Assembly: GCF_002113885.1 (NCBI RefSeq)
Contig: NW_018407731.1
Location: 260,863 to 324,862 of the forward strand
Length of the DNA: 64,000 nucleotides
Reading direction: 5' to 3'
DNA from: Mizuhopecten yessoensis
Lineage: Eukaryota
Below the pieces are notes generated by a model. That model did not search any database. It saw only the letters and a program-made list of their open reading frames with translations, and had not been told where the DNA came from. Shown here piece by piece: positions 11,081-26,300 of the stretch. The first letter of the stretch is position 1; each line of letters starts with the position of its first letter. The position numbers and the translations under genes were made by a program.

Positions 11081-12096
11081 AAACAAGAGGCCCAGAGGGC
11101 CTGTATCGCTCACCTGGATGTTTTAAGCACTTGATATGAGGTTAAAATATAGCACTCCCTGGTAGGTACTGTATGTACATATGAAATTTCAGAAAGATCC
11201 ATCCAGTATTTCCTAAGATATAGCGAGAACATCCTTCAAATGTCAAAATTCAAAATGGCAGCCTGGTGGCCATCTTGTTTTAATGAATACACCCTAAGAG
11301 TAACAGGCACTACAAGACAAATTAATGAAGACAAAATTGGGATGAAATCCCTTAATCCCTATGGTAGAAGAAGAATTTTACAGGTTTACCTCTATTCAAA
11401 CCCACCCCTCTGCCCCCAGGGGAGCCACACCTACCGGTACCGTTTCCTTGGCCCAATGATGCTCCAGACTGAAATGGGATAAAATCCCTTTATCCCTACA
11501 GAAGAAGGAGGATTACCTTTATTTCCCCTATTGGGCCCCGCTCCTCTGCTCCCAGGGGGACCACATCCAATGTTGATCAAAATTGTATACCCTTGGAATA
11601 AGGATGCTCCTAACCTAATAGGGATGAAATCTTTTAATCCCTATGGTAAAAGAAGGATTTTAAAGGTTTACCTCCATTTCCCCTAATGGGCAATGCTTCT
11701 CTGCTCGAAGGGGTCCACACCAATCGTTTATACAAAATTGTGCTTCTCTGCCCCCAAGGGTCCACACCCACCGTTTATACAAAATTGAGAGCCCTTGGCC
11801 CAAGGATGATCCAGACTAAATAAGAATAAAATCCCTTAATTCCTGTGGTAGAAGATAAGGATTCTAAAGGTTTTACCTCTATTTCCCTATTGGGCCCTGC
11901 TCCTCTGCCCCCAGGGGTCCACACCCACCGTTTATACAAAATTGAGAGCCCTTGGCTCAAGGATGCTCCAGACCAAATTTAGTTAAAATCCATGACGCTG
12001 TTCAGGACTAGTAGCGTTTTAAAGGAAAAGTTGATGAACGGACGCTGTGCCATGGCATAAGCTCACTTGCCCTCGGCAGGCAGGTGAGCTAAAAAA
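11081..12096 (+). mobile_element. HINE/pearl-like element
   Basis: AAACAAGAGGCCCAGAGGGCCTGTATCGCTCACCTG start, degenerate internal repeats, and 3' hairpin AGCTCACTTGCCC...CAGGTGAGCTAAAAA. Confidence 0.8.
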
Positions 12097-14385
12097 TAGA
12101 AAAGAAAAAATAGTCTGTCTTTCACCATGAATTAACGGCATATTGATGTCACTTGCAACGTCATAGCGAGTGATTTTATCTACGGATATTGATGTGATGT
12201 TTACCACTCGGAACAATAGTCGGACCTTACCATAAAGCAAACTTTTTCTAAATGGACTAGGACTACTACTATATATACTGCCTGTGTATTTAACAGGTTG
12301 TCTATAAACTTCAAGAGACAGAACAAATACATGGTTAACGAATGAAGGATTTAAAATGGTTCTCAAGCAAACTAGGAATGAACACATTTGAAAGGCAACA
12401 AATATATGCTTTACAAAAACAGATTTCTTGTATCACAATGTGTGCATGTTAAAGCAATGCTGACAAAATGAATATACAGTAAAGGTCATTTCAACTGTAC
12501 ATTGTAATTGTACCTGGCTTATTTCATATCTAGTGTATGCAATCCAATATATAACTTCACTTCAGCTCGTATACATAGTCCACACACAACTTCATACCAG
12601 CTAGCTCATCCTAAATCACACACAAATTCCAACAAGACTCCACACCTAGCTTTCAACCTATATAAAGTCTTGTTAATTTGTTGAAAAACAGACATTTACT
12701 TATTAATGAGAAGACCTGTTTTACACATTCGACAACAGAAGAGTTGTGTCACCAGTGACTTTTGACATACAAAACTGACTTTCCATTGTCAACTATATAC
12801 TTCGTACAACACAATCTGTCATCTGTTCCATAAACATACACAACACCCAAATACATATCACATCTCTTCTGATTGTTAGCTCATTCAGTAATGCATAACA
12901 ATACATACTATATATATCATTACACGAAGCCCACTAGCAGATGTAGTAGTGTAGCTACAGGAGGCTGGAGTGACATAATGATAAGTAACTTTTTTGCCTA
13001 CTAGATTGTTTACACCTTCAGCACTGGAAAGTGCCCACAACTCCTACTACTCAGGAGTAGAAAGGTTGACTTACTGTATATAATGAATGACAGCTGAAAT
13101 TCTACACGCTATCCTACAATGTTTTATACTCTTAAGTTAGTAGCTAGAAAATGTTTGAAAAAAATGGATATGTCCACGCCCCCAGTTTAAAGGAGCTTAA
13201 CATGAAATCTATAGCTAGCATCAGTAACAATTTACCGTACTTATTTCAATTTCATTGGTGTTTGATAAAATACTAATTTGCCAAAAAAACATAAGCTAAG
13301 AAAAGACGGAATCTTCGGGGAAAACATGGAATTGGTACTGTCGCTTAAATGTTGTTTTAACATCAAAATTTATCTCAATTTTTCAGACAATTAACAATAT
13401 GTGGAGTGGAGCATTAATTGGGTACTTCTGTGCCAAATATCAGCGGGTCAACAAAATTGCTGATAAATGTCAGCAGATAAAAGTCAGCACTTGCAAGAAA
13501 AACTTTAACCTGGAGGTTTTGGCAAAAATCTGTCCAAAATTAGTAAAAAGTTGGGAAAACAAAATTCTATGTAGACCGCACTGCATGAACAGAATAACTT
13601 TGGACCTCCATGTCAAACGTCATAATACCTAGGACAAATACAGAAGGTTATACATTTTGTATTGTGTAAATGAATGTCGAAACTTCAGCCTGGCAATGCC
13701 AGTATGACTATTAATAAGCGCCCCAATACTACTGATAGGTGAGCTAAAAATATTGACTGGCAGTAACATCATCAACATGGTAAATCTACTTCCTGGACAC
13801 AATTTTTTTGCGAATTATTTTACTAGTAGTTACAATTCAATTGTAGTAATCCATCAAAAATACTCACTTTTTTTTCTTGTCTCTCCCCAGAAATTACAAT
13901 GTATAGACTTAAAATAAAAAGATTCACCATACTTTCACGCAATTAAACATCTAAAATAACTCGGAGTAAAATCAGTAATATCATTACGTGTTATACATAC
14001 ACAACATTTATAACTACAAGATTTTTTATAAAAGCAGTTGGAAAACATTACTATGACCTCAAACTTGTTAATAACCCTTAATAGGAGTCCCTTGATAATC
14101 AAAATGCGTGATCGACAGGCTTTAGTGTAGACATGTGTATCACGACTGTAGACACAACGTTACTGGTGGTGAATTACATACAACAAAGACTTTGTAGAGT
14201 GTTCACTGTTCTATCACAGGTGTCTAGTGGTTCTACTACATCTTGTTGTCCCAGTATTCAAAGGTTGAGACTTGAGATTCAAATTCACATCATATGGCAG
14301 GTCAGAGGTCAAGTATTCCAATCAACAATACCACAGTTGTTTTACAGATCTGTAACTATATCAGAGGTCAAAGGTAAGCAGAAAT

Positions 14386-17300
14386 TTAATTGATCATTGA
14401 CCAGCGGTTCTTGGGACCAGACGATGAGAATAGTTGTGTCCGAATGTTGGGCATGGTGAGACTGGAGGACATGGAGTGTCTCGGACTCCGCGGCGCTACT
14501 GGACTAAATGTGATTGGACTATCTGCCTGGGATTTGGAGGAACCAAGTGGGAAGCTTGAAGATAGATTGGACTGCTTCCTCGCCCTTGCAGGACTCTGCC
14601 AACTGAAGGCAAGAAACAAAAGATATGGTATAAAATAATGATCTGAGAATTCATAAAATACTTTTTATCTTAACTGTATTTTAAACTTTTGTGATTAATT
14701 TGGGATACTTTACAGATGGAGAATGTTTTGGCACCAAACTTCATTGTTTATATATATCTATGTAACCCTCAAATCCTAACAGTAACAAAACGCTGTGAAA
14801 GTCTATCTCTTTCTCTTGATGTCCCTGGTGACTTCAGCCGTGTATTATATAAATCAATCTTTCTACTATTGAATTAAAGCAACTTACATTTCTATAGTAA
14901 AATCTGTGAATTAATGCACATTTCCTCCAAATACTTCCTGATGACTCGTACCACTTATTTCCTTTTATGACTGATGACAATCCGGTGTATTTACAACTTG
15001 TGTACATGTATCGAAGTAAAACTACTTACCGTTCTATTCCAGACATATTATAATAATCATAATGTCTACTCTATTCAAGGAAAAAAAACTTACAATTAAA
15101 ATAGTTTGTACCTTTTCCCAGAAGTTACCCTGCAACTAAGTTGAGAAGAGTTTACATGTCCTATATGTAGCTCATGTATATATAATTAACAATCCAAACT
15201 TGTACTTAATCACTATTTTTGATAGAAACAATACATTTGTTTCCTTAAAACATACAGTAGACCATTAGAAGAGACATACTCCAAGTTTTTGATTGGATAT
15301 ATTAGGCCAATAAAATTTGTGTGTTTCAGGTATCCCGACCTACCCAAGATTTTACAGCCGACCCTAGATATTTTATCACCTACTTAAAATAGATCAATAT
15401 ACTAGCAAGGCAAAGTGTACAGCCACTCATTAAAATGTACTTTTAACCTGTTCTGGGAGTCTCACGACATTATTCTAGACAAATTAATAGCCATTGTTAT
15501 GTGTGGAAATGCATTGTGAAAATTTGAAATACCTCCGGTAAATCATAATATTGATTCATGAAAATATATAAATTTCCATTGAAATAAATTATTTGCCTAC
15601 TGACCTGCCCTATTTTTTTCAGGCAAAACCTGAAACAAACATTTTTTGTTTGGCCTAACCCCCCACGCCTCCCTAATTTTGATTAATGTCAATCACCTGA
15701 AGGTGGAGTCAGTGGTGTAGGACAGGACTTGGGTCCTCCACTTCTGTACTGTAGGGTACCGGTCATTATCCACAGAGGCCCCCTCCATGGCCCGATAGGC
15801 ATCCAGGTCAGACTTGGTCGGGCGGTACCTGGATCAAGCAGTAAACCAGTTAATTTTGCTTCCTTGGGATATATTGTACTCCACATATTTGAACAAATAA
15901 GAGAAACTGCCCATTTCAAATTTAAGCAAACCCAACCTACTGTACACCTTTCAGAACCTTACTTTTTTCTACCATTTTTCTTCAAACAACATACGCCTAT
16001 TGTGCGTTTTCTTTCAAATGCAATACATAATGTAGTCAAACTATGTATGACTTCGGAGCTATGTTCTGTGTGAAATCACCAAAAACATTGTTAACTTATT
16101 CAATAACTAAAAAGCTGCATGAAGGGACGAAGGGCTACCAGTTTCTTTCAAATGAATGACCTCCCTCCATATTCAAGATCACAGATGTCAACTGTTTTAA
16201 AAAGCTTTCAAAAACTTCTGAATAACCAAAAGATCACTAGTGATGATATTTGAACGGTATCATACGGGCTATTAAGATTGTTCATATGAATGACCTTGAA
16301 TCACTTTCAAGGTCACATATGGTGAAATGTGTATAAAAGCTTGACATGACCTCACCTGAATGGTGACATTTGGCAAGTTGCATGCGAACATGAAAGGCTA
16401 TAAAGTTTGTTCAACTTAATAACCTGCTAGACTTCAACGTCATACCTGGGGCCAAATGTATTTGAATCTTTTAACATCTTTTGAATGACTTTTAGAATCA
16501 AAGATACTGATATTTTGCCTGTAGCTTTAGTTTAGATCACTTTTAAGGTTACAAGTTGAGATTAATATCAAGTGAGTGATGCAGGCCTATTGGGCCTCTT
16601 GTTTTTAAGTAAGGTTGTCTTTTGATCTATAGCTTCACTAGAAATGCATTTCATAAAGCAGGAACAAGAGATACATGGATATATAATAACTGGCAGCCTA
16701 TTTTTCTTTGATCATGCAACTTGTAGCTCAAATTCAAAATTCAAATATTCAAGATAAGTGAACTAAAAGAACCTACTCCTGGAACTTGAGAAAGATCTGT
16801 GCCATGCATGTAGACTACTGTACTTTATTTACTTTTTGAGAAATAGCAATAACATCCTTGATGGTAAAAGTCAAGATGGCTGCCTGGTGGCCATCTCTTT
16901 TTTCAATCGGACTGAAATGCAACATTCACACCTCCGAAGCAAGAGTAACCAAGATGGATACCACCTGTACGTGAGGAAAAAGCATATTGCACATCTAAAT
17001 ACCACAGTGTATCACCATGATTTGTATTTTTGATTCCGAGATAAGAACTGGACCCCCATGGTCTATTTTTAATTACTGTGACCTTGAATTTGACCTCAGT
17101 GATTGTTAAATCCCTACTCCACATCAACATACCAAAGTGTATCACGTGCACCTTGTCAGATTTTAGAAATATTGGTCTTTTGGATTCAAAGATAAACTCA
17201 GGAAACTAAAGTGTGGATGGTCAGATAGACACATGCAGTGATTACTATAGGGCCTCAGATCGGCACCTGCGTCACTGACACAGGAGCTTAAATATTTCAA

Positions 17301-20300
17301 GATGACTGCCTGCAAACAGCCATATTTTTGTGATCACTTCTAAAATTGAACATCATGCACAACTTAACTACTTATGAAATTTGAAAACAAGAGTACCGCG
17401 GGGCGGACCAATATATGCCTGTTGAATGCCATAATATAGTGTTATATACTTTCTTACATTGAAATAAGACCCGATCATTCTAAGAGTGGTTAGCTGACAT
17501 GTTATAAAATATGCAGAAGAAAATCTCCGAACAAAAAATCAAATACTGAAATGAAGAAAGGGCAATAACTTTTGCAAAAGTCATTGAATCAAAATTCTTT
17601 TCAAGGAAACACAACAACATATCATGATTATTTAGCCTACTAAGTTTCTCAAAGAAATGCTGATTATTTAGCCTACTAAGTTTCTCAAAGAAATGCTTCA
17701 AAAAATGTAGGAGGAGATCTCCAGACAAAAAATCAAATACTGAAATGAACAAAGGGCAATAACTGTTGCAAATAATTGTTGAAGCAAAATTCTTTCAAAG
17801 GAGACTCAACTTCATATCATGATTATAATGTATACCAAGTTTCAAAGAAATCGGTCTAAAAATGTAGGAGGAGATTGACAGACAAACAAAAGTTTATGCT
17901 GGAAGGACAGACAACCCCATACCATAATCCTTCCGTCAAATTTGACGGGCGTATAAAAGGCTCTATCTCTCTCTTTTTCTTATTCTTGATCTCATCAAAC
18001 TATAACTGTAAAACTCTAATATGGCCACCAGGCAGACATTTTGTTCTTACAATCAGTCTCAAAATTGAGCATGCACATCTTGAGACCTAGGGACATCTAA
18101 TAATGAAATTCAGGAAAGGTCACTTAAATACTTTCCAAGATTATTTATGTGATAACAAAATTCAACTGTCAAAAGCCAAGATTGCCATTAAAAGGCATTT
18201 GGCAGCCATTCTAGTCTTCTATCAACCTCAAAATCAAACATGCAGAACGAAGCAACCTACATGTACATTAATTTTGAAATTTGAAAAAGATCCAGGAAGT
18301 AAAATAGCAATAACAATCTCAACCTGTCAAAATCTAAGATGGCCATATGGCAGGTATCTTGTTCTGTCCCAAAATTAAACATGCATAACTAACTAAGGAC
18401 GTAGGGAAACCTACAAAAGAAATTTGAGACAGTTCTGTCTAATATTTCTGAAGAAGTGTTGATATAAAGAACTGTTTAAGGATGGCAGACAGATGGATAA
18501 CATTTGAAAGGCCATTTGAACAGCCCTCCATCCAATAAGTCTTGTGTTTGAACATTTAAGTGACAACTTTTATAACGTATGGACTTGTTTTCAAAGGTTA
18601 TCGTAATAATATTATGATTAAAGTTGATAAACTTATTTGAACACTTGACCATTAATTGTAAGCTAAAATGAGTGAAGAATGTTATTTATATCCCAATTTC
18701 TTAAAATTTTCCTCAAAAGTATATATAAATTTGTGTAAAACTATTTCTATTTGAGAGTGCATATGGTTCAATTCTATGTTATATGTATAACTATAAGTTA
18801 CTTACCCGTGAATGAAGAACATCTTTGATTTGAGACTGTTACTGATGGCCAGAGCCTGTGTGACGTCACGTCCAATAAAATTAAACTTCACATCAATAAT
18901 AGCAGGCAGAGTTGCCTCCATGTCCATACTCTTGTCCATCTCAACCTCTCCATGAATAACCTTGAATGGAATGTCATTGAAAAGGTGCATCTCTGCGACG
19001 CTACAATGAAATGGTATCACAGCTACGTCAGCAATAATAATGTCACGTTTATACAAAGGTTCCTCCTTCAAATCCACAACAATGTCTCGTCGTGTTTGTG
19101 TTGGAGCAGATCTGTAATTACTCACATTCTCCAGATTTTTTCTCTCATTCAAAGTTTCAAAAAGAGATTCAAACACGATTCCTGAAATCTTGTCTCTGTC
19201 CATTTCTAATGTCACATTTAGACGATTGGAGGCATTCTGCCAATCAATGCTAGATCCATCCTCTGATTGGTTCACAACATCCTCCTCTTTCTGCAACTCC
19301 ACCTTCTTTTTGAAATTGTTTGTCAACTCCTTTATGCTCTCGTCAAGTTCGGAGTTATGTGACTGAGTTAATGAAGAGGGATCAGAATCACTCTCCGAGC
19401 CCAATGATGGCTGTTTGCTATTTCTCCAATTCATGTCGGCTTTTGCAGCAGAGGATTCTCTAAGTTTTTCTGATTCAAGTTCCTCTCGTTCGAGTTTTGT
19501 CAAAGGTGGGCGTTTCCAAACACTAACTGGGACATTACTTGGATTAGCAGTTTCCCCTCCTTCATGGGCGGCAATATGTGCATTATAGGTATCATTAGCT
19601 TCCTTAAAGTAAGGAACTTTGCTGTAGGGTTTTGTTGACACATATGAAGCGTCCATAGGGTGATCTCCTGGTGAGGAGATATGCTGGGAACGATTTCCCA
19701 TACAGGATGTACAAGTTATAAACTTTGAGATCCCTCTTGGAGAAGATCGGGACCGATCTAGCAGAGATAGTTTGGCAAATAGAGCTGAGAGACAGGAGAT
19801 GGGACTGCCATTTCCCGCCATGCTGTCAGTGGACTGAAACATGAGATCGCTTCTCTCCATTGACCGACTGAGGAGACCTGCTCGTCCGTAACCGTAACTC
19901 TCACCACTGATGGGGGTACTGTAGAGATTCTGGGTATTACGTAGATAAGAACTCCTCATAGAGGGAGGGGTTCCATTGGTTGCTATGGCGCCACCGCCAT
20001 TTTCTAACTTACATGCATCTCCATTCTGGATTTGAGGTTCTCGTTTTGGAGAATTCAAAATTTCTTCATCCAGATCAATGGAGTCAAAATCATTTTCATG
20101 ATCAGAGCTTTCCAAGTCTTTCTCCACTTCTTCTCTCAAGGCTAATAGATTCCATGACAAGTTACTATACTGGCTTATCCCAATGTCAGTTCCTGTTCCA
20201 TTGGCATGGTTCATGGCTAATAGGTCAAGTTTCTCTATACCATCAGCAATACAGAGAGCAATTCTTTGTTTCTGGAAATACTCCTCCAAAAGGTCAAATC

Positions 20301-23300
20301 CATCTTCAGAGGAAAGGTCGGCATAAGTTTGTAGGAACTCCCAGTACTCAAGCCAAGGGATCTGCATCTGGTGGGCCAAGTCTCTGTTGTCATGGGAAAA
20401 AGTGGAATTAAAACATACATCATACTTGGTCTTTCCAAAATAAACTGGATTCTTATTTTAAATTGTATAAACATTGTGTTAACACTTATTAACATTATGT
20501 TCTATCAAATACATTGCTACCTGTAACTACCATCTCATGATACAACATCTCAATAGGGATAAACCCATATTGTATGGGGCAGGTCAGGGTGGCAATTGTA
20601 ATTGACATTATATTGGTGGTGGTGTCTAAAATAATTGTTGACATTTATATAGTGGGCCAGAAAATAATAATTGCGGGTGGTGAGGACCAGTCAACTTGAG
20701 TTTGATGATGTTTTCTTTACCTATCTGTATACCAAAAAAAAATCACTTTCTTGTATCATCCCTATCACCTATCATGTATGTACCGTTAAGAATATTTTTC
20801 ATTTGTGTGAAAATTTAAACTAGTTGTATCAATCAACCTAATACTAACCGGCCGAGGCGTTCCATGCCTTTGTCACTGTCCTCGCGCCGGGTAATGACAA
20901 ACTTCCTGCGGATATAATCGGAACTTCCACTGGGAGGTGTGGTCCACTGTTTGTGGAACTGCTCAGCCTGAAATACAACCAGAGGTCTAAATGAAAGTAC
21001 AACCACTAACTTGCCAATGTTTCCTGTCTACAATATAAAACTGAAAGATTACCTAGACTATGTGGCCAATGTTTCCTATCATTACCCTTATGAAATGGTT
21101 ACTTGGAACCAAGTTTTTATTATCAAATAATTGCAGATTATTACATTTTACCAGCGAATTATATCAAAAATATTTTACATCAACATGAAGAATTTTTAAC
21201 TGTTACGCTATGATTTGTTACCCAAATCACCATGAACATTGAAATTTGTGTGTAGATTTTTTTTTCTCTTATTATGCACTGTTCTGGTTTCCAAATATAC
21301 ATTCCATGTCGCTATATGTCCCTACAGTTCCTGAGTATATCAGGAGACATAGCCCATGTATTATTTTATTAACAAGATGGCCATCAGCACCAAATCGCTC
21401 ACCTGGCTAATTTTGGAGTGAGGTTGAAATCAACCCAATAAATTTGAGAGGAAAGCCCCCCCCCCCCAAAAAAAGAGACAATTTGATAACTTTTGGCCTT
21501 GCCTCAGCCCCCACCCCAGGATGTTCAGTCCATTATTTGTAAAACTTTTGATCCCCATTGACTATGAATGCTACTGCAACATGCAACAATTTGGTTGAAA
21601 CTTTTGGAGGTGTCATTTGAAGCAAATCTGCCCAATTGCCCCTCAAACCCTTTGAGAATTAGTCCCATTACTTGCATACTTTTGATCCTCGTGGCCACCA
21701 AATTTTGATTGATCTGTTTAGAAGTATGGGAGAAGTCATATAATACAAAATTTTACAGACAATACATGATGGACAAATGGCAATGGATGACAGCTGACGT
21801 CGGACGAAGCACCACCATATAACTAGCTCACTGTGGCACTTTATACCAGGTGTATCATAAATATAGCTAAAATAGACTTACTCTTGAAGGGGTCATAGGT
21901 CCTGCACATGCCTTAACTGCCATCAGAGGATCCTTAGGACTCCATGAAGAGAACGGAACATTCATGGCAGGGTTCTTACTGTCAGGTGACCAGGGTGGAC
22001 CAATCACAGGCTGTGTTGTGTTATCTTCGGACCTGACCAGTGGCACATAATACTGACCTAAAGAAATAGAAAATTCTTTGGTACATTTACTTTTAAAGGC
22101 CAATGAAGAACCCTCTCTGAAACTGCAATGGGTCACATTTTATGAAAGTTCATATCCACAACCAGTGAAATGTTTGTGTGATGTTGCGATGACTCATATG
22201 TTATTTGGTTCGTCACCTTCATCAGACAATGACCAGTTAAGCATGAAAATTTCACTGATTGGCTTTATAAACTTGTAGACAATCTATTCTCTCACCCTTC
22301 TCAGGTGTGTCTCCTGTTCTAGCCAGGAAAGATCAGCTTGTCACCCACTAGGGGGAGACAGCTTCGTGTCGATTAGCTTGTGTGCAATTGTGACGTCATT
22401 AAAATATAAACCAAGGTCATTTATTTGAATAAACTTGGTAGCCCTTCATCTCGGCATGCTACTGGCCAAATATCATCACCCTAGGCCTCTTGGTTATTCA
22501 GAAGAAGTCATTTAAAGGTTTTAAACATATTTGACCCTTGTGACCTTGAATATAAATCAAGGTAATTTATTTGAACAAACTTGGTAGCCCTTAATCCAAG
22601 CATGTTACTGGCCAAATATCATCACGCTAGGCCTCTCAGTTATTTTGAAGTCGTTTAAAGGTTTTAAACATATTTGACCCCTGTGACCTTGAATATAAAT
22701 CAAGGTCATTTATTTGAACAAACTTGGTAGCCCTTCATTTCAGCATGGTACTGGCCAACTATCATCACATTAGGCCTCTTGGTTATTCAGAAGAAGTTGT
22801 TTAAAGGTTTTAAACATATTTGACCCCTGTGACCTTGAATATAAGTCAAGGTCATTTATTTGAACAAACTTGGTAGGCCTTCATCCCAGCATGTTACTGG
22901 TCAAAGACCATCACCCTAGGCCTCTTGGTTATTCAGAAGAAGTTGTTTAAAGATTTTAACATATTTGACCCCTGTGACCTTGAAAATGGTTGAAGGTCAT
23001 TTATTTGAACAAACTTGGTAGCCCTTCATCCCAGCATGGTACTGGCCAACTATCATCACATTAGGCCTCTTGGTTATTCAGAAGAAGTTGTTTAAAGGTT
23101 TTAAACATATTTGACCCCTGTGACCTTGAATATAACTCAAGGTCATTTATTTGAACAAACTTGGAAGGCCTTCATCCCAGCATGTTACTGGTCAAAGACC
23201 ATCACCCTAGGCCTCTTGGTTATTCAGAAGAAGTTGTTTAAAGATTTTAACATATTTGACCCCTGTGACCTTGAAAATGGTTGAAGGTCATTTATTGAAC

Positions 23301-26300
23301 AAACTTGGTAGCCCTTCATCCCAGCATGCTTCTGGCCAAATATCATTACCCTAGCCCTTTTGGTTACTGAGAAGAAGTTGTTTAAAGTTAAAAAAAGGTG
23401 ACGCCGGACGGACGCCGGACGGACGCCGGACGCCGCACCATGCCATAAGCTCACTTGGCCCTTCGGGCCAGGTGAGCTAAAAATGTATCACCAGTAATTG
23501 TGACATCATTAAAATGTATCACCAGTAATTGTGACGTCATCAAAAGTGAATGACGATATGCATACCCCACATGTGTTTTCCTTTACAAACATGGCAGACT
23601 CTCGTGGAGTTGTGACTGAAATAATAGGATGGGCGAGAAATAATCATTCTCTACCTTAAGGGTGTAACAGAGAAATCTCCAACCCGCGGGCGTTTTATTT
23701 TGGTTGCCCAACCCTCGGCTCTCAATGAAACCACTGATATTTCCCCTCATTTGCCCTATGCTTCATTTGGTAAAACAATAGTATTCACCATGGTAAAATA
23801 TTTATCACTTTGGTCCAACTCTAGTTTTGTCCAAATTCAAAATTAACAAAGTTTGGTCCCCTTGGCCCAAGGATGCTCCATACAAAATGTTGTCAAAACC
23901 ATTTATCTGTTCTAGAAAAGTTGCCCTTTAACAAACAGGTGGCAGTTGGATGATGCATCACATAATAAGCTCATTTGCCCTTTGGACCAGTTGGTTAATG
24001 ATACTGTACCCTCTAGTAATTCTTTAATTTCATCCTTCAAATTTTCTTCTGGTTTTGAACATCTACTGCAAATCACCTGTCAAAACACAGAAACAGTGCT
24101 AATTAACAGGCACAGATACTTTTTGCAAAAAATAAAGATATATCAAATATTAAACATCTTAACCCTTAAATGCAGAGTACTGCTTATTGTAACCTGAGTT
24201 CAGGAATGATCAGGACAGGTTTTCAAACAAACTATGACTGTTATACTCCTACATTCACTCTGACCATTTAGATTTTCATTGAAATTTGGCTGTCATTTAC
24301 ATCTGAGGCAGTCTAAGCACTGCAGTTACTAACCTCTTAGGCAGTCTGACCACTGTTGCTACTTACCTCATAAGCAGTCTGACTACTGCTGTTACTTATC
24401 CCTGAGGCAGTCTGACCACTGCAGTTACTAACCTCTGAGGCAGTCTGACTACTACTGTTACTTACCTCTAAAGCAGTCCGACCACTGCTGTTACTTCCCT
24501 CTGAAGCAGTCTGAACACTGCTGTTACTTACCTCTAAAGCAGTCTTACCACTGCTGTTACTTACATCTGAGCCAGTCTGACCACTGCTGCTACTCACCTC
24601 TAAGGCAGTCTGACCACTGTTGCTACTTTCCTCATAAGCAGTCTGACTACTGCTGTTACTTATCCCTGAGGCAGTCTAACCACTGCTGTTACTTAACTCT
24701 GAGGCAGTCTGACCAATGCTGTTACTTACCCCTGAGGCAGTCTGACCACAGCAGTTACTAACCTCTGAGGCACTCTGACCACTACTGTTACTTGCCTCTG
24801 AGGCAGACTAACCACTGCTGTTACTTACATCTGAGCCAGTCTGACCACTGCTGTAACTTACCTCTAAGGCAGTCTGAGCACTGCTGTTACTTGCCTCTGA
24901 AGCAGTCTGACCACTGCTGTCACTTACCTCTGAGGCAGTCTAACCACTGCTGTTACTTAACTCTGAGGCAGTCTGACCCCTACTATCACTTACCTCTGCG
25001 GCAGTCTGACCACTGCTGTTTCTTACCTCTGAAGCAGTCTGGCCACTGCTGTTACTTGCCTCTGAAGCAGTCTGACCACTGCAGTTACCAACCTCTGAGG
25101 CAGTCTGAACACTACTGTTCCTTACCTCTGAGGCAGTCTAACCACTGCTGTTACTTAACTCTGAGGCAGTCTGACCCCTACTATCACTTACCTCTGCGGC
25201 AGTCTGACCACTGCAGTTCCTAACCTCTGAGGCAGTCTGGCAACTACTGTTACTTACCTCAGAGGCAGACTGACCACTACTATCACTTACCTCTGAGGCA
25301 GTCTAACCACTGCTGTTACTTAACTCTGAGGCAGTCTGACTACTACTGTTACTTACCTCAGAGGCAGACTGACCACTACTATCACTTCCCTCTGAGGCAG
25401 TCTGAACACTACTGTTCCTTACCTCTGAGGCAGTCTAACCACTGCTGTTACTTACATCTGAGCCAGTCTGACCACTGCTGTAACTTACCTCTAAGGCAGT
25501 CTGAGCACTGCTGTTACTTGCCTCTGAGACAGACTGACCACAGCTGTTACTTGCCTCTGAGGCAGACTAACCACTGCTGTTACTTAACTCTGAGGCAGTC
25601 TGACTACTACTGTTACTTACCTCTCGGGCTGTCTGGCCACTACTGTTACTTACCTCTGAGGCAGTCTGACCACTACTATCACTTACCTCTGAGGCAGTCT
25701 GGCCACTACTGTTACTTACCTCTGAGGCAGTCTGGCCACTACTGTTACTTACCTCTGAGACAGACTGACCACTGCTGTTACTTGCCTCTGAGACAGACTA
25801 ACCACTGCTGTTACTTACCTCTGAGGCAGTCTGACCACTGCTGTTACTTACCTCTGAGGCAGTCTGACCACTGCTGTAACTTACCTCTAAGGCAGTCTGA
25901 GCACTGCTGTTACTTGCCTCTGAGACAGACTGACCACTGCTGTTACTTACCTCTGAGGCAGTCTGACCATTGTTGTTACGTAAATTCCGGTCTACTTTTG
26001 GGTGAGACACAATCACAGAAACAACATCCTTGTGTCCAAACTTACACGCAAAGTGTAACGGAGTTTCACAGTTCTGAAATACATACAGATACATGTACAT
26101 GTGTATTTTTACTAAAGAGACAAACAAGCAAGCTTGCCAACTCTCCCTGTTTTTGAGGGATACGCCTGATTTTGGACCCTTAAATAGAACATTTTCAAAA
26201 AGAATTTGCTTAACTATTCCTATTTTATAAGATCTGATGATTTCATCTGAACAGCAAAAAATAAAACTGTAAGTTAAAGGCTAACTAATACCCCCGCTCA

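Noticed and set aside
22346-22361. CTCF-like motif CCACTAGGGGGAG (and GCGCCACCTAT at about 38408)
   Set aside because: Single imperfect motif matches are expected by chance in 64 kb, and there is no supporting context.
24792-26156. Plus-strand LPLRQSDHCCY repeat ORFs
   Set aside because: Antisense reading of the 33-bp ANKLE2 junction array.
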